From: Wolbachia endosymbiont of Dirofilaria (Dirofilaria) immitis
GTDB lineage: Bacteria; Pseudomonadota; Alphaproteobacteria; Rickettsiales; Anaplasmataceae
Direction of reading: 5' to 3'
Length of the DNA: 32,000 bases
Assembly (NCBI RefSeq): GCF_013365455.1
Contig: NZ_CP046578.1
Coordinates: forward strand, 90,001-122,000
Made by a program: the position numbers and the translations under genes
Notes under the pieces: generated by a model
The model's database searches: none
Seen by the model: the letters and a program-made list of their open reading frames with translations, nothing else
Told to the model about the DNA's origin: nothing
Part shown: positions 9,524 through 19,484 of the stretch, piece after piece
Numbering within the stretch: position 1 is the stretch's first letter
How the letters are laid out: every line of letters begins with the position of its first letter

Positions 9524-9870
9524 CCTAGGTGAAATATAAGCCGAGTTCTGTTTATGTAGCTATTTATCTGGAGTAAATGTTACCATTTACTGCATGCGAT
9601 TTACCCGAGTAGACATGAGGAAAAGCATAAGACCTACTCTTATTTAATCTTGCTCCTAGTGTTGGTTACTCAACTACCAATGTTGCCATTGGTATGGTAT
9701 GCTCTTACCACACCTTTTCACCCTTACCTGAAAGTACTTAGGCGGTAATTTTCTGTAGCCCTAAACTGGAGTTACCCCCGGCGGGTATTACCCGTCACTA
9801 TTTTCCCTTGGAGCCCGGACTTTCCTCTGCTGTATTTATTACACAACAGCAGCTACTTATTTCACCCAGA
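9524..9870 (-). ncRNA. rnpB: RNase P RNA, bacterial type A
   Basis: The minus strand carries GAGGAAAGTCCGGGCTCC (CR-I), AAGGGTGAAAAGGTGTGGTAAGAGC (CR-II/III) and ACAGAACTCGGCTTA (CR-V). P1 pairs GGTGAAATA (complement of 9858-9866) with TATTTCACC (complement of 9528-9536). Confidence 0.92.
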
Positions 9871-9876
9871 AAATGG

Positions 9877-9904
9877 ATTTTAACATGAAAATCATAGAAG
9901 TAAA
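9877..9904 (-). promoter_or_regulatory. Candidate sigma70-type promoter for rnpB
   Basis: On the minus strand, TTTACT (9899-9904), a 16-nt spacer, then TAAAAT (9877-9882), about 7 nt upstream of the predicted P1 5' end. Confidence 0.3.
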
Positions 9905-12212
9905 ATAATTTTCCTGTTAGTTAGTGATCTATATATCAAGTATTAAACCTATAATTAAGGTATATTCTGATACATTATTGCTATCTTAAAGTGAGCGCCA
10001 CTATACTTTTAGACTTTGATCCCTTACTACTTACTTTACCTAGGTGATAGACTACTTGATTCTGCTACCACTTTCTACTAGTACACTATTTAATCTTATT
10101 TTAGGACTGCTTGTATGCTATTGCTATAATAGTTCACCTGCTGTTTGAAACGTGACAAAATCAGATAGCTCTAACACAGGAGTGGCATTGTAATAGTAGT
10201 ATTTCTTAGTATTGTGCACTATGAATTCTATCACTCCAAAATGCTTATCTCTCTTAGTAGAGATATATTAGCTATAATAAGTTGATTAAGTTACAGAGAA
10301 GAGTTCTTTTGGAGGGATACAGTTGGGTAAAGCACATAAATTATTGGCTTTTTTTATTTTGGTCTTGATATAACAAATACTGTTTTTATATAGTCTTTTC
10401 TAGAAAGAAATGGTTCTTTGTTTATTTGACCGTTTCTTACCCGAGTAAGGAGTTGTTAATTCCCTATAATATTATTCAAATCCTCAACTATCTCTTGCCA
10501 CATTGAATTTAGAGATATATGTTTTTTTATCTTGGTAATCTTTTTATTACATTTGTATATAAAACATTGTATTTTTACTTGGTACTATTGCTCTGAAGTT
10601 ATCAAATTTGGATGATTTTTTTTATGATTCTATTTATTTTAATAAAGTCAAAAGGGGAAGCCTCTTATATAATACACCAGTTTTCATAGGGTATTTAAGA
10701 CAACACAGAGTGCCAATTTATAAGAGTTAGGGAGGATAAATTTACTATGTGATTTTTTCTTTATATCTTTTTTATTTGGTAGTTTTATTAAACATAAAGT
10801 AATCTGTAAGTTATGGTAAGAAAGTAGTATTTAAATATGTGGCACTAAAATTTGGTCTTTATTATATGGTTACTTGGTTAAAATTAAGTTTCCTAGATCC
10901 TAGTGTCCGCTGTTTAGGAGATACCCATCTTTGCAAAGGAAGACTTGTATTGTATGTATAAGTATTGCATAGCCTACATTAGAGTGTACTAAAAAATCAG
11001 CTAACTATAAGAAAATAGTTGCAATTGCTCTCAGCTATTCAGCGAAAAGTGCTAGTTTTATACTTAGTGTATAATTACAATTTGGTAGATATAGAGGATA
11101 ATTTTTCAGAAGTAAAATTAACTACAAAGAGCTAAAGTACTAAATGTAAATTTTAGCTAATGTAGAAAGAATATAGAATTGTAATGTCGGTTAGAGAAAC
11201 ATTAACTGGTAAGTGGTGATGATTTCACCTTGTGGATAATCTATACTGATGTCCATCTAAGCTTTGAGTGAAACGCTTTTAGAAAGCATATAGCAGCTAG
11301 TTCATCAAACTTTAGTAAGCAGTCTCAATGCAGAAAGAAAAGTAATTTTTTTTGTGATGGTTGTAGCCTATACTATAAAAGGCTTCACTCAGATACCTTC
11401 TCTTTCTGAGCTAAAAAGTATATTATGTTGTGTTTATTTACCAGTAATATCTGAAATAATAGTGCTATTTATTCAACTAAAAAGTCAGGGCTCTATTCTT
11501 GTGCTATTCAAGTACTGTAGCAAGAGCGGCTATGATGCAGCATTATCATGTGCTGTGTTTACACGAGTATAGATCATATTCAAAAGGGAAAGGTCAATTG
11601 CTGTATTGCCCTAGGTGAAAAAGGAGTTGAGGCAATAGAAATTGAACTTGGAAATTATTGCTTTTGCTGCTTAACATTAATTGTTAATAAAGCTCTCTGC
11701 TGCATTTAAGTGATATAATCTAAACAAAGAGTGGCTGAAACGCTGGAAATTTTTTGATGATCTTTCTTGTATTTCGTGTGACAACAAATGTGGTTTTCTT
11801 CGAATGATTAAACCATAAGATCCAAGAATTTTAGTCTATTACTTGGAAGATTGAGAGAAATATAATCTATTTGTGGAATTAGCCATATTTTGTTGGATAT
11901 TCTATAAAGGGATGAATAACTTGATTGTATTTTTCCATTAATTTATATTAATTTCTTATTAGAATTTTTTGTGATATCAATTGAGTTAAAATTCACTCAT
12001 TAAAAAGTCTATAGTGTATACTGCCAAGTTTTTATTGCTGAATCTATTTTGCACCTTACTGGCTTTTTCTTTTTTATTTCATTGCTTTAAGTATGTTAGT
12101 TTTGCCAATACCATTTTTTTAAAGATAATAACTAAGTTGTAACTTAAGTTCAGCCTAAAGCTTAAATGGTTACGGAGATTATATAATTTTAGCTTTTTAT
12201 GTAACAATGAAT

Positions 12213-12239
12213 AACCATTAATTTAAAAATGGTTTTTTT
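12213..12239 (+). terminator. Weak hairpin plus T-run abutting the bcp stop; plus-strand polarity, possibly a relic or bidirectional terminator
   Basis: aaccatt (12213-12219) / aatggtt (12228-12234), 8-nt loop, then TTTTT (12235-12239). Only 2 G:C pairs in the stem. Confidence 0.35.
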
Positions 12240-12241
12240 AT

Positions 12242-12709
12242 TTATATTTTTTTAACTTCCTCTAGAACTTCATTAACATGCCCGCTAACTTTTACGTTTT
12301 TCCAGATTTTTACTATTTTACCCTTTTTATTTATTAAAAAAGTGGTGCGTTCTATCCCCATATACTTTTTGCCAAATATACTCTTTTCTGTCCAAACACC
12401 ATACTTTTCTAATATTCTAACATTTTCATCAGAAACTAAATAGAATGGTAGTGAATATTTTGCTTTGAAATTTGCATGGCATTTAACACTATCTTTTGAT
12501 ACACCAATTATCACTGTATCAAAAGAGGAAAAATCTTTTATTTTATCTCTAAAATCTTTTGCTTCTATAGTACAACCTGGAGTGTCATCTTTAGGGTAGA
12601 AATAGAGGACTACATTTCTTTTATTAAAAAAAGCAACCAGTGATAGATTTTCACCAGAATCTGTTGGTAAGCTAAAATTTGGTGCATTATTTCCTACTGC
12701 TAATTCTAT
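12242..12709 (-). CDS. bcp: Peroxiredoxin Bcp (thiol peroxidase). The full-length frame is open, but ATA occupies the expected start codon. The ORF track shows only the GTG-started C-terminal 90 aa (12242-12514).
   Basis: The frame is continuous from 12709: (ATA)ELAVGNNAPNFSLPTDSGENLSLVAFFNKRNVVLYFYPKDDTPGCTIEAKDF... It includes the catalytic PGCT upstream of the track's start. AGGAG lies 8 nt upstream of the ATA. 155 codons is the normal Bcp length. Confidence 0.8.
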   Translation of the reverse strand: MELAVGNNAPNFSLPTDSGENLSLVAFFNKRNVVLYFYPKDDTPGCTIEAKDFRDKIKDFSSFDTVIIGVSKDSVKCHANFKAKYSLPFYLVSDENVRILEKYGVWTEKSIFGKKYMGIERTTFLINKKGKIVKIWKNVKVSGHVNEVLEEVKKI

Positions 12710-12857
12710 ATTTTGCGCTCCTTTAATGGTACCTATGGTAGTATATTATACTCAGAGTTTCAAGAATTCTAGGTAAAAGTCAATTGGATTTTCATATATT
12801 TCTTTTTCATAAAAGAAATTTAACGTCATGGTAGTCCAAATTTTGCTTCGCTTTTAG

Positions 12858-12988
12858 TTAATAGTAAAAAAGTTCTACTATTAACTCTACTAGTTTTTTG
12901 CTAGGTGGTAAGCCCAATTCCTGTACCTTCGTTTCTATATCTTGAGTCTGCTTGGATAGAAACGGATATAACTTTTTTTAGTTGCCAT
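12858..12988 (-). pseudogene. Small ribbon-helix-helix-like ORF (about 43 aa) broken by a frameshift in an A7 run
   Basis: ATG GCA ACT then A7. With one extra A it reads MATKKKLYPFLSKQTQDIETKVQELGLPPSKKLVELIVELFYY*, a beta-strand then two-helix pattern like CopG/Arc antitoxins. No clear SD. Assignment is by pattern only. Confidence 0.25.
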
Positions 12989-14955
12989 TCTTATTAAACT
13001 ATCTTTAGGAGTAAATTTAATTAAATTTGGTAATAAATTAATTATAACTTATGTTATACTTTTATGATCTGCAATAACTAACAGTTGTTTATTATGCAAC
13101 TCTTTTTAATTCATTTCTGTTTCTTTTAATTGAGGTGATAGCATATTAAAGTATGAACCATTACTTTATTAGGTTAAGTTTTACTTTTTTACTGTTAAGT
13201 TACTTAATTCAGCTTTCGTAAAGTTGAGCACATTGTTAATTAAAGCAAGTAAATATATCCTGTATTATATATCGTTTATATATTTCTTGTGTCAAAAGTG
13301 ATCAATAAAACATAAAGTTTAATTTTTGATTAACTCTGCGAATCTAATGATAAAAATGAAGAAGTGTATACAGCTCATGTATAACACTTGCAAAAACTTT
13401 AGCTTATTTGTGTTTTCTTACTCTGATTTCTCTTTTTATCTATTGCAACTCAGTGTTCGTTTTATGCTACTTAACTAGCATCTAGATATTGAAAAAGTGT
13501 GAATAAAGTATTGTTAGTATTGGAATTACTAATGATAAGGCTGAAAAAATTAAAAAACAGGCTGTTAAAAAGTGGCATTTTAGTGTTACCTTTATGAAGT
13601 ATAGAAAAAATGAGGGATTGATTTATTTTCTATAGTATAAAATACTTCTTAGTTGTTTAGTGGTTTATTAATTTTATCGTTTGTGAGTAACTGTTTACCT
13701 TATAATCTTGAATGTTAAGATTGCTAAATATTATCTTGCTATTTTAACTATATAATATTAACCTTAAAGGCTTTTCACTTTGCTAACTTATTGTGATAAT
13801 ACAGCATATATAGCTTTATCAGTTAATTTATATAACCTTAAAGTTTTTGTATTTAACGTGATGCTTTTCTATTATGAATAATAATAATTTCTTATTGTAC
13901 TGCTTCCAGCACATTTTTAAGTCTATACTTGGGTTACAAAGAAAAATATGCTTCTTAATGAATAATTGAAATATAATGTTATTCAATAGAACCACAAAAA
14001 TTTTGGAAATATACAGTAACTTTGTTGATTTGCTTAGCTTATACATGTCCTTCTCATTGTAGTAGCTTTTGTGTTATTAATTAAAACTCAGTATACCATA
14101 TTTTTATGAAAATTTCTCTTATCTTGTTAGTTTATCTTCTATTAATGTCAGTTTTTTCCATAGTAAGAGTATTTACTTGTGCGACGTTGGTAATAAGTAC
14201 TACATAGATTTTTTCTTGGAATAGCTGTTAATAATTTAGATTGCTCTAACTCAAGATTAATCATACTCTTAAGTTATAAAAAGAAAGATGATGGTGTGTG
14301 ACGAATATTTATAGTATACTTGTACTAGTTTTTATAAAAAATTAATAAATAACAGCTTTGTTAGTGCCGTGTTTTTTGCGAATTCTAGGCTGTGACAGTA
14401 GAGTGGGCTTAAGATTGCTAAGGTTTATCAAGGTGGAAAAGGTAATAAAAACCGTCATAGAATTTTAACATTTTGTGGTTCCTTTTATGGAAGTATGGAA
14501 GGAGTTTTTTTAAACTTGTCTACAAACGATAGACAAAAAATTCTGAGTTGTTAAATCCTTGCGTTGGTTGGTACCATAATAATATAAAGCTCAATACTAG
14601 GAGCGCAGAGAAGGCAATTTCTCACGGTATAAGTTGTTGTATGAGTAAAAGGATGGGGGTGAATGTTAAGATAATGAATAAATTCCTAAAAAATTAATTA
14701 GAGAACCTAGCAAATAAATTTCTGTGATAGGGGAAGTAAGGGAAGGTATTTAATGTTTTGGATAAAATGGAAATGAATAACCTGAAGTTTATAAAAAGCT
14801 GGGTTATTGTTAGTTATTTACTGTTGAGGTAGCACTGGTAGAGTTATGAGAATTTTGTCTCTACTCAGTATTACTAAAAAGAAAATTGATGGTAGTAGTA
14901 GCGTTAAGTTTATTAAACGGTTATTTATCTAAGGAATCTTTTGGCTTATATTAAT

Positions 14956-15462
14956 ATGAGTAGCAATCTAATATGCTTGGGAGTAATTATTTCTCCTCAT
15001 GGAGTTAATGGGGCTATTAAAATAAAAACTTTTACTGAAAAGCCTGAGAATATCTCCTTGTACGGTAAGCTAACAAGTGGTGATGAGAATTATGAAATAG
15101 ACTTAATGTCTATAGTAGATGAGAGCTTGGTAATAGCTACAATAGATGGAGTAAATTCTCGTAACAAAGCAGAGCTTTTGAGAAATAAGAAATTATATAT
15201 AGAAAAAGACAAGCTGCCAGAATTAAGTGATAAGAACGAATTCTATCAAAGTGACCTTGTGGGTATGAAAGTAAGGTTAGAAAATAATAAACTGTATGGA
15301 TATGTAAAATCTATATGTAATTTTGGTTCAGGAGATATATTGAAAATTTCGGTCACTGATACAAAAAAGAGCATTATGCTACCTTTTACTAAAGAAATAT
15401 TTTCGCATATAAACGTAAAAGAAGAGTATATAATCCTCAATATGCCAGAATTTATTGATTAG
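14956..15462 (+). CDS. rimM: 16S rRNA processing protein RimM
   Basis: [29 protein letters not shown]-terminal barrel and a PRC-barrel region ([10 protein letters not shown]). ATG at 14956 is preferred over the TTG at 14941. Confidence 0.85.
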   Translation: MSSNLICLGVIISPHGVNGAIKIKTFTEKPENISLYGKLTSGDENYEIDLMSIVDESLVIATIDGVNSRNKAELLRNKKLYIEKDKLPELSDKNEFYQSDLVGMKVRLENNKLYGYVKSICNFGSGDILKISVTDTKKSIMLPFTKEIFSHINVKEEYIILNMPEFID

Positions 15463-15525
15463 TAAAAGGGTTTGATCTTTAATCAAAAGCCATTTATAAT
15501 TATAAAACCAACTAGGAATGGAATT

Positions 15526-16092
15526 ATGGCAGAAAGAGCTAATGATGTTAGGCCAGGTCAGATATTAGAGCATAATGATGGGTTGTTTTTGGTTGTAAGT
15601 ATAATGCATACTCAGCCTGGTAAAGGTGGTGCATACATACAGGCTGAAATGAAGAATATCAAAACTGGAGCAAAATACTATGAGAGGTTTCGCTCTGATG
15701 CCCCAATCAGAAGGGCAATTTTAGATGAAGAGGAGTATGTTTATTTATTTACTGAAGGAGATATTGTGTATCTTATGCATCCAAGTAATTATGAGCAAGT
15801 TACTCTAAACTTAAGTTTATTGGGAGAAAAGAAGATTTATCTACAGAATAACATAAAAATTAAAGTTATAACTTACCAAGATAGAATAGTTTCTACACGT
15901 GTACCTGATTATGTTACGTTGACTGTAAGAGAGACAGAATCTGTTATTAAAAAACAGACTATTACTTCTTCTTATAAGCCTGCAGTTTTAGAAAATGGAA
16001 TGCGTATTAGCGTACCTCAATTTATAAGAGAAGAAGATAAAGTTGTAGTATATACTCCTGACGATAGCTATTATGAAAGGGCAAAAGGATAG
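15526..16092 (+). CDS. efp: Translation elongation factor P
   Basis: MAERANDVRPGQILEHNDGLFLVV...QPGKGGAYIQAEMKNIKTGAK. 188 aa from the internal ATG at 15526; the track ORF starts at an upstream TTG at 15472. Confidence 0.93.
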   Translation: MAERANDVRPGQILEHNDGLFLVVSIMHTQPGKGGAYIQAEMKNIKTGAKYYERFRSDAPIRRAILDEEEYVYLFTEGDIVYLMHPSNYEQVTLNLSLLGEKKIYLQNNIKIKVITYQDRIVSTRVPDYVTLTVRETESVIKKQTITSSYKPAVLENGMRISVPQFIREEDKVVVYTPDDSYYERAKG

Positions 16093-16098
16093 AGAAAG

Positions 16099-16797
16099 AT
16101 GTCTACTTCTTCACCGCGAGTTAATGTGATGCTTGATTCTGTCCGAGGTGCTTCTAAACAACTGATGCGTGATTTTAATGAATTGCAAATTTCTAATATT
16201 AAATCAAGCGATTTTATTAGCAAAACTTACTCGAAATCCAAGCAAGCCATATGCGGTTGCTTGCATAATTATAGACAAGGATATAGTTTTCTTTTTGAAG
16301 ATGATGTTGATCAAGAAGTAAAAGATGATACTTATACTTGGTTTATTATGCCTATAGAAAGTAAGGAGAATTTTTTTAGCTGTATAGTTTATTTTACAGT
16401 ATCGGTCTGTCTAATTTATAAGAACAAAGTTGTGGCAGCTGTAGTTGATGTTCCTGCTCTTAGAGAAACTTTCTGGGCAGAAGAGAGGAGAGGTGCTTTT
16501 CTTGAAGATTCTAGATTTCGTCATATAAGGATGCGGATGAAAAGTCGTGATGGGGGATTGATAGATGTAAGCGGTAATTTATTAGATAGGTTACTACCAG
16601 ATAACAGTAATGTGCGTTCCATTGGTTCGACAGTTTTAGGTTTTGTATATCTTGCTGCAGGAAGACACAAAGGAATAGTTTACTCTGGAGTTAATAAATA
16701 TAAAACTTTGCTTGGTAAACTTTTTCTTCAAGAAAGTGGTGGAAGGCTAGTAGAGGATAATGGGTTAATTGTTGCAGGCAATATTAGGCTAGCATAA
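16099..16797 (+). CDS. Inositol monophosphatase / SuhB-family protein with degenerate metal-binding motifs
   Basis: Family-like layout, including [19 protein letters not shown] (compare GSAALDLAYVAAGR). The DPIDGT position reads MPIESK and the WD..AG position reads YKTLLG. It lies next to efp. Confidence 0.7.
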   Translation: MSTSSPRVNVMLDSVRGASKQLMRDFNELQISNIKSSDFISKTYSKSKQAICGCLHNYRQGYSFLFEDDVDQEVKDDTYTWFIMPIESKENFFSCIVYFTVSVCLIYKNKVVAAVVDVPALRETFWAEERRGAFLEDSRFRHIRMRMKSRDGGLIDVSGNLLDRLLPDNSNVRSIGSTVLGFVYLAAGRHKGIVYSGVNKYKTLLGKLFLQESGGRLVEDNGLIVAGNIRLA

Positions 16798-17991
16798 GTA
16801 GGCTGTAGGAATAGATAGCTTTTCAAAAACTTTTACAAGGGACTCTGTTAAATGTTCCATCATTTCATCGGTGTGGTAAGGTGTAGGGGTGATACGAAAG
16901 CGTTCAGTTCCTCTTGGAACTGTAGGGTAATTTATGTGTTGAACATATATTCCATGTTCATCAAATAGTAACCTTGATGCCCTTTTGGATAACTCTGGAT
17001 TACCAATTATTATTGGAATTATATGAGTTTTTGTTGGGATAAGGTTGATCCTTGCATTTTTTAGTGAGTTTTTTACTTTTTCAACGACTTGTTTTTGTTT
17101 CTCTCTTTCAATATTACTTGATTTTAGATAATCAACGCTTGCTTTTGCTGCTGCTGCTAAAACAGGCGAAATAGCAGTGGTGAAAATAAATCCTGGGGCA
17201 GAACTTCTTATTACATCTATTAAGCTTTTTGAAGATGCTATATATCCGCCCATCACTCCAAAAGCTTTTGATAGTGTGCCTTGAATAATAGTTACTCTAT
17301 CCGTTAGACCTTCCCTTTCTGCGATTCCACCACCATGTGAACCGTACATGCCAACTGCGTGTACCTCATCTAAGTAAGTAATTGCATTATGTTTCTCTGC
17401 CAAATCACATATTTCTCTCAATGGTGCTATATCACCATCCATTGAGTATATAGATTCAAATGCTATTATCTTTGGTGTTTTCTCGTCTACAGACTTTAAC
17501 AACTGTTCTAAGTGATCAACGTTATTGTGCTTGAATATGTATTTCGGTCTTTTTCCTGATTTGATACCTTCTATCATCGAAGAATGGTTTTTCTCGTCTG
17601 AAAAAAATACTACGTCAGGAATAACGGACGATAAAGTGCTAAGTGTTGTCTGGTTAGCAAGGTAGCCACAAGCAAAAGTTAAAGCAGCTTTTTTATTATG
17701 CAAGCAAGCTAGAGATTTCTCAAGTTCAACGACCTCTTTTGTTGTACCGGATATATTTCTTGTTCCTCCTGCTCCAACTGGTGAATTTTGGATAGCAGCA
17801 ATTACGCTTTCATTTTGTGACATTCCTAAATAATTGTTGCTGCACCAGACAATTACTTCCCTATTTCTTTCGTAATCCATAACATAAGGAAATCTACCAG
17901 GCAATGACGCAAAGTGCATGAATTCACGGTATCGCCCTTCCTCTTTTATATCTTTGATTTTGCTTAAAAATATCCCTTCGTAGTCTACCAA
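16789..17991 (-). CDS. hemA: 5-aminolevulinate synthase (heme biosynthesis, C4 pathway)
   Basis: [19 protein letters not shown], and the PLP-lysine region [13 protein letters not shown]. 400 aa. TTG start. The 3' end overlaps the convergent IMPase-like gene by 9 nt. Confidence 0.93.
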   Translation of the reverse strand: MVDYEGIFLSKIKDIKEEGRYREFMHFASLPGRFPYVMDYERNREVIVWCSNNYLGMSQNESVIAAIQNSPVGAGGTRNISGTTKEVVELEKSLACLHNKKAALTFACGYLANQTTLSTLSSVIPDVVFFSDEKNHSSMIEGIKSGKRPKYIFKHNNVDHLEQLLKSVDEKTPKIIAFESIYSMDGDIAPLREICDLAEKHNAITYLDEVHAVGMYGSHGGGIAEREGLTDRVTIIQGTLSKAFGVMGGYIASSKSLIDVIRSSAPGFIFTTAISPVLAAAAKASVDYLKSSNIEREKQKQVVEKVKNSLKNARINLIPTKTHIIPIIIGNPELSKRASRLLFDEHGIYVQHINYPTVPRGTERFRITPTPYHTDEMMEHLTESLVKVFEKLSIPTAYLC

Positions 17992-18056
17992 GTTTTTATC
18001 TATTAATAGCTAATAAAATTATAATAAATTATTTAATGGTAGACTACTATATTTAT

Positions 18057-18839
18057 TTACAGTGCAACAGTAGGCTTTTTCTTTATATCAACCCCTTCGA
18101 CTTTACTGTTCTCAATTAAGCTTTTAGGCATATAATAGTATATAATTGCAGCGGCAGCTAAACAGCAAGCTCCAACTACTATTCCTACTACTGATATCTC
18201 TAAGTGAACTGCAGTAGCTACTCCTAGGGCAACCACAGCTGTTGTTAATACGGATGCAGCTATGAAGTGCAGATTATTATTTTTTGTATCCTGTAGAATA
18301 GTGTTATTCGTTTGTTTAGATTTTTTGTTAGTTACCAGAGGGTGTCTATGCTGACTCTGATACAAGCGATATTGATCTTGGCTCTGTTTTTTTGTTTGTG
18401 GGCCTTTTGAACTACTCCTTTCAGGAATAGAAACATTTTCACCTTTATCTATACTCTCAAATGGGGAACCACCGTTATCACTTGACACATCGACTGCACT
18501 GAAAGAACTGCTGCTGTGACTACGATCACTATTCGTAGAACTCTCTAGTAGATGTAACGATGAATCTGCTTGACTATCTTTACTTTCAAGCTCTAGCTCA
18601 CCTTTTATTTGTGATGTTGTCTGTTCAGTAAGTTGATTAGGGACTTGTTTTTTCTTGGTATCATTAACAACTGGTGAGATGTTGATACATTCACTTTGAG
18701 ACTTCTGTGTGCTTGAAGAAACTCCTTCGCTTTGAGCAATAGCTATTTGTTCTGGAACTTGGGTTTCAAGAACTTCTTGTTGCTCTTGGGCATTAGGTGG
18801 TTTGCTGTTATGGTTTTTTTTCTTTTTGCTTTTACACAT
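18057..18839 (-). CDS. Hypothetical Ser/Thr/Gln-rich protein with a C-terminal pair of transmembrane helices
   Basis: 260 aa. About 190 aa is low-complexity polar sequence (SSSTQKSQSE, SDRSHSSSSFSAVDVSSD). Then come LHFIAASVLTTAVVALGVATAVHL and ISVVGIVVGACCLAAAAIIYYYM, separated by one residue. No family recognised. Confidence 0.6.
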   Translation of the reverse strand: MCKSKKKKNHNSKPPNAQEQQEVLETQVPEQIAIAQSEGVSSSTQKSQSECINISPVVNDTKKKQVPNQLTEQTTSQIKGELELESKDSQADSSLHLLESSTNSDRSHSSSSFSAVDVSSDNGGSPFESIDKGENVSIPERSSSKGPQTKKQSQDQYRLYQSQHRHPLVTNKKSKQTNNTILQDTKNNNLHFIAASVLTTAVVALGVATAVHLEISVVGIVVGACCLAAAAIIYYYMPKSLIENSKVEGVDIKKKPTVAL

Positions 18840-19445
18840 TTCACCCCCTTGTAATTATTGCTAATAGGCTTCTGTATTGAAACCTCTACATTATTCATAA
18901 TATTTTTTCTGTTGTCCACAGTATTTTTTCCAGCTGGCGACTGATGGCACTTTTAGATTTTGTTTTTTATTGCTTATTTCGTGTTTATTTTAAAGTATAT
19001 AAGTCATTCATCTACTAAGTTGTTAATAATGTTTTCTGCTACTAGAAACATGGTCTTTAGCGTCGGTTAAATTTTGTGCTTCTAATTAGGTGCGTTTTTT
19101 AATTTTATCACGTAACTAATTTAACCATATATTATTTTTATTAAGATAGAAATTGCTAATAGGAGAAGTAATATTATGAACATTAGGTTTGTGCTTTTTT
19201 TGTCTCCTTTATTAATATTTGTCCTCTATGGAGGGATTATTAAATAATTTTCTAAACTAAAACCATAGTATTTTGCTAGAAGCATTATGGATCGCAAAGT
19301 TTGTTATTACCTTTTAGATTTGTTGATCTTCACTTATTAAAAACTTCATTTTTCTTTGTAAAGTAACGTTGTTCCGTATTTAGAGTGGCATTTAGAAAAG
19401 CATAATAGAAATGCAGTGAAAGCTTTATAATAGCTGTATAGTGTA

Positions 19446-19484
19446 AGGTACTATAACTTTCTGATAAGGGAAGTTATAGTACCT
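19446..19484. repeat. Perfect 14-bp inverted repeat (hairpin) in a non-coding spacer
   Basis: aggtactataactt (19446-19459) and aagttatagtacct (19471-19484) are exact reverse complements. As RNA, up to 3 more pairs (one C:G, two G:U) leave a 5-nt loop. Confidence 0.8.

Noticed and set aside
14395-14560. Possible rpsP (S16) remnant upstream of rimM (frame reading ..GLKIAKVYQGGKGNKNRHRILTF..)
   Set aside because: Resemblance to S16 ([20 protein letters not shown]) is limited to a few basic residues. S16 is essential and is presumably intact elsewhere in the genome. There is no start codon or SD.
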